Positions 58,201 to 64,000 of a stretch of 64,000 bases of DNA are shown here, in pieces. A program made the translations under genes and the position numbers. The stretch lies in contig NW_013657660.1 of NCBI RefSeq assembly GCF_000142905.1, forward strand, positions 62,001-126,000. The letters run 5' to 3'. Source of the stretch: Thecamonas trahens ATCC 50062. Taxonomy: Eukaryota > Protista > Apusomonadida. Under the pieces are notes generated by a model. That model made no database searches, had not been told where the DNA came from, and worked only from the letters and a program-made list of their open reading frames with translations. Each line of letters begins with the position of its first letter. The first letter of the stretch is position 1.

Positions 58201-58418
58201 GTAGGCAGCAGCGAAGCACGGACAGCAGCAGGACGAGAAGCCAGCGAGGTGTTGATGTTGGACGATAGCCGTGGCGGCGTGAAGAGTGCAGGCGCGTCGT
58301 GGGCCAACGGAGACGCCGACTGGCCACCGCTCGGCCTGCCCACCGACGACGACGTCCGGCTTGTGCCCACAACCGCGTGGTTGGCCGCGGTGATATGCTT
58401 GTGCCGTCCGGACCGCAT
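55257..58418 (-). CDS. Unknown protein: Pro/Ser-rich N-terminus, coiled coils, basic Ser/Arg/Lys-rich tail
   Basis: 1053-aa ORF with an ACC-ATG start after a sense-strand C-rich tract; clear heptad segments. Confidence 0.75.
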   Translation of the reverse strand: MRSGRHKHITAANHAVVGTSRTSSSVGRPSGGQSASPLAHDAPALFTPPRLSSNINTSLASRPAAVRASLLPTVGNSPALAPGVAPPPSPGAASALSSAAAAHSALPAVPSPDRRRSPGSFRSSRRSTPRYAPRFPSANPPGAGPKLPLIRMRGASASASGGSGGATVSGSPGSTDAPVPPISANPSTPHPPQGRARGEASLRKRYGTSPGNGGGGGDEGARGEQASGVDHGPGLSEAVASAGGAIGSSEGTGMTLSKSRSINSNTASLSEWDSHGDMQEHYDDGYGGTGGAGIISQFGVLAPRRGLVNNFHHSEIDSGPLRAFNAIDVDRITATLAAETVASYKVELDSIKALHAEIKHLQRHMTALHKTYGKVCGEVSLKWTKSRTQDLIQRYSFSSDPSQVRVSKMALLEIIASMLAAIAYATGRVADLGISSLPEALSKAGTLADGTDSFGIFSTLAPPPDLRSSRIRPFFSMLRKLHILRRALKTYREQEAETGSALASASRTAEQLREENLLLKQLLTNMASASNTPLERLIRKTRQAATDAGSSRVDPSLLNLITPSTAADDGASLNGTHPSAADASATELEASSHVAVIRGLKADNDALTTVIDSLKRQLASFEVESATLAAEVSVLHKKMSAAGLEQPSSSGSRSPRSESFRETLAALRTRLVDVETEREILLRQLRGAATDDYNALASQLKDAQAEAASAQATIVMLKDKLASSLAMTASAVDLAVSEAEAEARISDDHAHSSRGKRRKHGSHTKGSVSKSRKKSTKKTHSRHRGSSSSRKVASSTARTRRMTADSEGSNATSVPDISEYQAALEEARARISDLEAANQGLKEQLLIAQSDRDAFKAKSNRLEAQVQKLEAKLEALSTGGKKTSRSRGASRRRPSSRASVCSEASDFSDVGSVSSLASAGSDESRASRRGRRKKKGKARSNRSGTVATANPPAALPRSNSAESVRSTCSTRSTRSTASRSGRKKRRAKKSTDGSGLITSATLTELAAVEVESVHSDADASTELTSVVDGGGASRRSRGGKSKRRRKKGKGHHK

Positions 58419-58495
58419 GGTGTGGGGGAGGGAGGGAGGGGGGGGGGGGGGGCGGGGGGGGGGGGGGGTCGAGGGGAGGTGGGAGGTGGGTAGGA

Positions 58496-58595
58496 NNNNN
58501 NNNNNNNNNNNNNNNNNNNNNNNNNNNNNNNNNNNNNNNNNNNNNNNNNNNNNNNNNNNNNNNNNNNNNNNNNNNNNNNNNNNNNNNNNNNNNNN
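58496..58595. other. Assembly gap (100 N) next to a poly-G tract
   Basis: N run. Confidence 1.
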
Positions 58596-58752
58596 TCAGG
58601 GAGTGGAGTGGTAGAGGCAAAGTGAGCAACGGAAATGAGAGGTTCATTGACTGGCGAAGAGAGTGTGAGGTGGAGGAGTGCCAGCCAGGCACTCCCCCCC
58701 CCCCGTCCCTCCCCGGCTCCGGCCCCCAAAGGGGATCGAGTTTTGGGCACTC

Positions 58753-60541
58753 TCAGCACTTTTGGCCCCAGTAGTAGTTGGGTGCGATGCCGCCGCAGTG
58801 CTCGCGCATGTGAGGATAGGGCGTGACGGAGCCGGCCATGTGGAGCGGCTGCTTGATGGTGCCCATGAGCTGGCAGAGCGGAGCGTCCGGGTCGGCGTCG
58901 ACGCAGGTCTGCGGGCGGGCCGGGGTCGGATCGTAAAAGTCGAGCGAGTAGACGTCCCAGTTGGTAAACTCGGTGCACTGGATGTGCGGGGTGAGGGAGC
59001 CAAAGGCGCCACCGGCCTTGAGGAATCGACAAACGTGGACGTCGCAGACCGAGGCCGGGATGGGCTTGTCGGGATGGGCCCAGCCGGGCATGAGGTAGCG
59101 CCAGTCGTCCTGCTCCGGGATGGAGAGGACGGCGCCGAGGCTGAGGTTGCGGGCGGCCATCTCGGCGTAGAGCTGGTAGCAGTCGAGCCCGGTTGTGTTG
59201 AGCCTGTGATTGAGCATCTGGTTCCACATGAGCTCGGCGGTCGGCGGCGAGATCTTTTCGAGGAGCGCAAAGACGATGCCCACGAGCTGGAGCGAGAGTG
59301 GCTCCGGGTAGTTGTCGTCGGGCGAGTCAATCCAGCCGACGAGAAAGTTAGCAAAGCCGTAGACAGTGCCGACGACCTCGTCGAGGTAGGCGGCCATGGC
59401 AGACTCGTTGAGCGCGGCGCGGACGGCGGGCTTGAGCGGAAGGTGGACGACGTTGTACGAAGCCGCGTGGGCCATCTCGATCCACTTGTCGATGGGGTTG
59501 ATCTGGATGAGGTTGACCGGCCAGTAGTGCGACTTGGTCTGCGACTCGGTAATGTAAACGCCGGGCGGGTAGGTGACGCCGTTGACGGTGGTGGGCACGC
59601 TCGGCTTCCACACCGCTACCGTGTGGCCGGTGAGGAGCGAGCCCATGCCCCAGGCGATCATGGGATCAAGGCCGTCGAGGCGGATGATGCCGAAAAAGTC
59701 GCCGTTCTCCAGCGTCGGCACAATCTGGCTCATGTTGACCAGGCCGGCGTCCCGCGGCTCGAGCGTGATCTGCATTTTCTCCTCCAGAAAGGCCACGTTG
59801 AGCGCGGCCTCGTGAGCCGAGACGTCCGGCGGCCCGATCGGGAGGTTGCCCTGCAAGAACATGGCGAGGGTGTCGGCAAAGGCGACCACGTCGGCAAGGA
59901 CCTCTGACTTGAAGTGGAAGACCCGCATGCCGTTGGCCTTGAGATCCGCCAGCTCCACCGGCGACAAGCCGCGGAGCGTCACCCGGTGCCGCCCAGCCAA
60001 AGCAAACTCGTGGACGTGAAAGGTCTCGACCGAGCCGAACAGATACAGATCCTCACAGAGCGGCGAGGCCTTGCCGGCCACGTCCATGGTAATCTCGACG
60101 CAGCTTGCGCCGCACTCGGCCATCGACGCCGTCGCAGTCTCAAAGCAATGCCGCGAGAACGACTGGCCGCTCCACGCCTTGCTCACACCCACGCCGGGAG
60201 CGCCGTGACAAAGGTCGGAATAAACTCGAAAAAGTCGTCGGGATGGACCTTGCCCAGCTCTGCCGGCTTGCCGCGGGCGGCGAGCCAGGATGACACCACC
60301 TTGTTCCGCTCTTCCCATCGGGCGAGCCTCTTTCGAAGCGGCAGGCCGTGCGCAGCCTCTGCCGCTCTTGCCGCGCTCGCCACCGTCACCGTCGTCACGT
60401 GCGCCAACTCGCCGCATGTCACCTCTGTCCACGGAAAGAAGGCCGTCTGGGTGCAGGCCACGGGCGCAGCAGCAGCAGCAGCAGCCGTTGCGAGAGTGAG
60501 AGCAAAGGCGGAGAGGAGGATGGAGGGGGAGGGGGGTGCAT
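58753..60541 (-). CDS. Secreted permuted papain-like (NlpC/P60, YaeF/YiiX-like) protein; frame breaks at ~60533 and ~60196
   Basis: LENGDFFGIIRLDGLDPMI..GH(T)VAVW...YITES...SVCDVHVCRFLKAGG...IQCTEFTNWDVY (His before Cys). A signal peptide MHPPSPSILLSAFALTLATAAAA appears after adding one C. Confidence 0.7.
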
Positions 60542-60674
60542 GGTGTGGGGAGGGGTGTGGGTATGGGAGGTGGGAGAGGGGAGGGGGGAGGGGGGGAGGG
60601 GGGAGGGGGGAGGGGGGGGGGGGGGGGAATGATCAAGAGGAAACGATCAAGTGGTTGGCAGGCGAACGGGTGAA

Positions 60675-60915
60675 TGATGGTGGTGGTGATGGTGGTGGTG
60701 ATGGTGATGGTGGTGGTGGTGATGGTGATGGTGGTGATGGTGGTGATGGTGCGTGGTGATGGTGGTGATGGTGGTGAATGATGGCAGCGAACGATTATAG
60801 CGAACGATTATAGCGAACGATTGTAGCGAACGATTGTAGCGAACGATTGTAGCGAACGCTTGTAAAGGAACGATTGTTGCGAACGATGGCAGCGAACGAT
60901 TGATGGCAGCGAACA
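60675..60915. repeat. (GGT)n-GAT microsatellite followed by 13-mer (agcgaacgatt(a/g)t) x~6 plus degenerate copies
   Basis: Directly visible. Confidence 0.92.
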
Positions 60916-61134
60916 ACAGACAGGGCGACGAGGGGGAGAGGGCGAGGTGGGCTTGAAGCGACACACCTTTCTCACCACAACAGAGACTGATGGCTTCCAG
61001 AGGTTCGAAGCGTATGTAGGAGGTGGAGTGGCATGTGCGAGAGGGGGAGGGGGGAGGCGGTGGTGCGCGCGTGGCGCAAGCTGCGGCAGGTGCGGGACGG
61101 GCAGGACGACAAGGTGCTCACCGAGTGAGCGGGG

Positions 61135-61590
61135 ATGGGGACACTGAAACGACGGGTGGTAGGAGAGGTGTATCATCCAGGAATCCGGTGCGATGGCTGC
61201 TCGGAGGAGCCGATCACAGGGACGAGGTACCTGTGCAAGGACGACGGGTGCGAGCTGAGCGAATCGCTCTGCAGCGAGTGCTACGAGGCCAACAAGGGCG
61301 TGCCGACCCACATGTACGCCAAGCTCGAGACGCCCATGTCGATCCTCACCTTTCTCCCGCCGCGAATGGACAAGGAGACCGTGTATCATCCACAGATCGT
61401 GTGCACTGGATGCGGCGCCACGCCCATTGTCGGCCCGCGCTACCAATGCGCGAGCAAGACGTGCGCAGACCACGTCAACCTGTGTGAAGAGTGCTACCAA
61501 GCCGGCCAGCATGCCACCTCCCATCCCTTCTCACTCATCGCCGAGCCGCACGCCTTTAAGGTTGCCCTCAATCCGCGCGATGACCCATAA
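61135..61590 (+). CDS. Small protein with two ZZ-type zinc fingers
   Basis: HPGIRCDGCSEEPITGTRYLC...LCSECY...H and HPQIVCTGCGATPIVGPRYQC...NLCEECY...H..SHPF. Confidence 0.88.
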   Translation: MGTLKRRVVGEVYHPGIRCDGCSEEPITGTRYLCKDDGCELSESLCSECYEANKGVPTHMYAKLETPMSILTFLPPRMDKETVYHPQIVCTGCGATPIVGPRYQCASKTCADHVNLCEECYQAGQHATSHPFSLIAEPHAFKVALNPRDDP

Positions 61591-61619
61591 CCCGTAAACA
61601 GCACCACGACACCCGGAGA

Positions 61620-61795
61620 CGCAGGCCACCTAGGCCACCCAGGCCACCCACCTGCCACCACCCATCAACCACCAGCCATCAACCACCAGCCATCACCCAT
61701 CACCCATCACCCATCACCCATCACCCATCCCTCACCACTCGCACACCACTCGCTCACCACTCGCTCACCACTCGCACACCACTCGCTCACCACAG
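61620..61795. repeat. Nested short tandem repeats (ggccacc, ccatcaaccaccag, catcacc x5, caccactcgc(t/a) x5)
   Basis: Directly visible. Confidence 0.85.
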
Positions 61796-61865
61796 CATCG
61801 GCCTCTGCCTCTCATTCATTCACAACAAGGTACGACCATGCCAACGGGCAAGAAAGGCGCCACAG

Positions 61866-61908
<43 letters not shown>

Positions 61909-62280
61909 GAGCCATTGTCACAGCCATAGCCACAGGCACACTCCCTACACACTACCATCACACACACACACACACACACACACTATCCCCTCCACCACAC
62001 ACCACACACCATACACACCCCATCCCGTCCCCTCCCCGTCCACCCCCATAGGGTTGAGGCGGTGGATGATGCATTTTCTGCGACGCAGGCAACGCTCTTC
62101 CTCCTCCCCCTCCCCACCCCCACCCACCACCACCACCACCACCACCACCACCACCACCACCACCACCACCCCACACACACACGCACATACACACACTCTC
62201 CGTCCTCCGTCCACCCGTCTCAAACATACTCACTCCTCCTCCTCCTCCTCCTCCTCCTCCTCCCCATGCACACAGTAGCT

Positions 62281-63726
62281 ATGCTGGGACTCGGGCTGGC
62301 TCGTGTGGCCGTCCGGGCATGGGCCCAGCCGGTGGCGGCAGCGGTGACGGCTTCGGCCAGTGCGGCGTTCAGCTCGCAGGCGGCGGTGGCGGCCGAGAAG
62401 GCGGCGGCAGGCGAGGCCAAGCGCCCGGTGGACATGACCGATGAGGAGATCATGGAGGCTGTGGTCAACGGTGAGGTCAAGTTCTTTGATCTGGAGAACG
62501 AGCTCGAGCAGGACTACGAGCGGGCGGTCCGCATCCGGCGGCGCATTGTCGACGACCAGATCTCGACCTTTGTCGACGCCAAGGACACCCTCGCCGATCT
62601 GCCGTACAAGGGCTTCGACTACTCGAACATCCACGGGCGGTGCGCCGAGAACGTCGTGGGCTACATGCCCATTCCCGTCGGCGTCGCCGGCCCGCTCCTG
62701 GTCGACGGCACCGTGTACCAGGTGCCAATGGCCACCACCGAGGGCGCCCTCATTGCGTCGACGGCACGCGGATGCAAGGCCATTACCCTCTCCGGCGGCG
62801 CGACGACCGCCATCACCAAGGACGCCATGACCCGCGCCCCGGTCCTCCGCCTCGAGTCGCTCTCGGAGGCCACCAAGTTTGTCGAGTACATCGAGCGCAA
62901 CTTTGAGGAGGTCCGCGCCCAGTTTGAGTCGACCTCGCGCTTTGCCAAGCTCGTCTCGATTGACGCTCGCTTTGCCGGTAACCTTGTGTACCTGCGCTTT
63001 GCCTGCAAGCCTGGTGCGGCCATGGGCATGAACATGACCGGCAAGGGCGTCGAGAAGGCGCTCGCCCACCTCTCGGAGAACGCCCCCTTCGACTTTGACG
63101 TCATGGCCCTCTCCGGCAACGTCTGCACCGACAAGAAGTTTGCTGCCATCAACTGGGTCGAGGGCCGCGGCAAGTCCGTCTCGGCCGACGCCGTCATCAA
63201 GGGCGACGTCGTCCGCACCCTCCTCAAGTCGTCTGTGAAGTCCATGGCGTATGTCAACTACTGCAAGAACCTGGTCGGCTCGGCAGTCGCCGGCTCAATA
63301 GGCGGCCAGAACGCGCACGCCTCCAACATCGTCACCGCCGCCTTTATCGCCGCGGGTCAGGACCCGGCCCAGAACGTCGAGTCGAGCGCGTGCCTCGTCA
63401 CCATGGAGGACATCAACGACGGCCAGGACCTGTACGTCTCGGTCAACATGCCCTCCATCGAGGTCGGCACCATCGGCGGCGGCACCACCCTCCCCGCCCA
63501 GTCCGCCTGCCTCAAGATGATGGGCGTCCACGGCTCGGGCGAGGACGGCAACAACGCCCAGCGCCTCGCATCCATCGTCGCGGCCACCGTCATGGCCGGC
63601 GAGCTCTCGCTCTGCGCCGCCCTCTCCTCCGGCCACCTCATGTCCGGTCACATGAAGCTCAACCGCGGACCCGGTCGCAGAGACCATGACCGCCTTGCTG
63701 GCGTTGCTGAGAAGGCAAACCTGTAA
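62281..63726 (+). CDS. HMGCR: Class I HMG-CoA reductase, catalytic domain only, with a mitochondrial-type presequence
   Basis: CAENVVGY, PMATTEGALIAS, AMGMNM, SGNVCTDKK, NWVEGRGKSV, GQDPAQNVESS, MPSIEVGTIGGGT, AGELSL, HMKLNR. Confidence 0.95.
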   Translation: MLGLGLARVAVRAWAQPVAAAVTASASAAFSSQAAVAAEKAAAGEAKRPVDMTDEEIMEAVVNGEVKFFDLENELEQDYERAVRIRRRIVDDQISTFVDAKDTLADLPYKGFDYSNIHGRCAENVVGYMPIPVGVAGPLLVDGTVYQVPMATTEGALIASTARGCKAITLSGGATTAITKDAMTRAPVLRLESLSEATKFVEYIERNFEEVRAQFESTSRFAKLVSIDARFAGNLVYLRFACKPGAAMGMNMTGKGVEKALAHLSENAPFDFDVMALSGNVCTDKKFAAINWVEGRGKSVSADAVIKGDVVRTLLKSSVKSMAYVNYCKNLVGSAVAGSIGGQNAHASNIVTAAFIAAGQDPAQNVESSACLVTMEDINDGQDLYVSVNMPSIEVGTIGGGTTLPAQSACLKMMGVHGSGEDGNNAQRLASIVAATVMAGELSLCAALSSGHLMSGHMKLNRGPGRRDHDRLAGVAEKANL

Positions 63727-63784
63727 ACGCGACTATCGACTGCCGCTCGCTCCTCCCCCCCCCCCCCCCCCCCCTCCTTCCCTG

Positions 63785-64000
63785 CTACCTCTTGATCCGC
63801 TTCTTGCCGTACCGGATCGACCGCTGCACCTTTTTGAGAATCGGCGCCTTGGTCGTCGTCGGCAGCCGCCACCGCACAGGCTGCAGCACGTCCGGCAGCG
63901 CGAGCAGCCGTGCTGCAGGAATGCGAACACTCACCCCCTTGAGCAGCCACACGTCGTAGAGCCAGTGCCGCATCAACCGGAACGAGCCCGTGCCGGCCAC
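63785..64000 (-). CDS. 3' end of a minus-strand gene running off the window
   Basis: Frame is open to the window edge with a stop at 63785; no recognisable domain. Confidence 0.4.
   Translation of the reverse strand: MAGTGSFRLMRHWLYDVWLLKGVSVRIPAARLLALPDVLQPVRWRLPTTTKAPILKKVQRSIRYGKKRIKR

Noticed and set aside
62062-62280. Poly-His/poly-Leu N-terminus of HMGR (and similar poly-His ORFs at 35317 and 60647)
   Set aside because: Translation of (CAC)n/(CTC)n non-coding tracts of the kind found upstream of most genes here
1-64000. Transposons, viral insertions, tRNA/rRNA genes
   Set aside because: No transposase, RT, integrase or capsid motifs, terminal repeats or recognisable structural RNA seen by eye; small ncRNAs cannot be excluded without covariance-model searches

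Overview
Gene-dense, GC-rich, intron-poor eukaryotic nuclear DNA with two 100-N scaffold gaps (42001-42100, 58496-58595). The gene content (CatSper-gamma, CFAP46, a fungal-type GPAT, an alpha-kinase) points to a flagellated protist. By inference only, the apusomonad Thecamonas trahens fits best. About 19 genes are present: RNA Pol I subunit RPA2 (5'-partial), a NADAR protein, GPAT, BMT2, a ~19.6 kb giant coiled-coil gene broken into six ORF pieces, a TPR protein, a tandem-CH/coiled-coil protein, a LETM1-family protein, a small membrane protein, CatSper-gamma, a DDIAS-like OB-fold protein, a coiled-coil protein with a dynein MTBD-like domain plus CAP-Gly, CFAP46, an alpha-kinase, a poly-Asp protein, a coiled-coil unknown, a secreted permuted-papain-like protein, a double-ZZ protein and a membrane-anchor-less HMG-CoA reductase, plus a possible gene end at the window edge. 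Main observations: (1) nine frame breaks in four genes, all in the same -1 direction and each repairable by adding one C or G. Assembly undercall is the most likely cause, but recoding is testable. (2) A motor-less dynein-MTBD + CAP-Gly protein sits divergent from CFAP46 and near CatSper-gamma. (3) The HMGR has a mitochondrial-type presequence, an altered DAMGMN motif and no AMPK serine. (4) Sense-strand C/CA-rich tracts precede most start codons, and several genes are packed within 6-72 bp of each other. All family calls come from motif recognition by eye; no searches were run.
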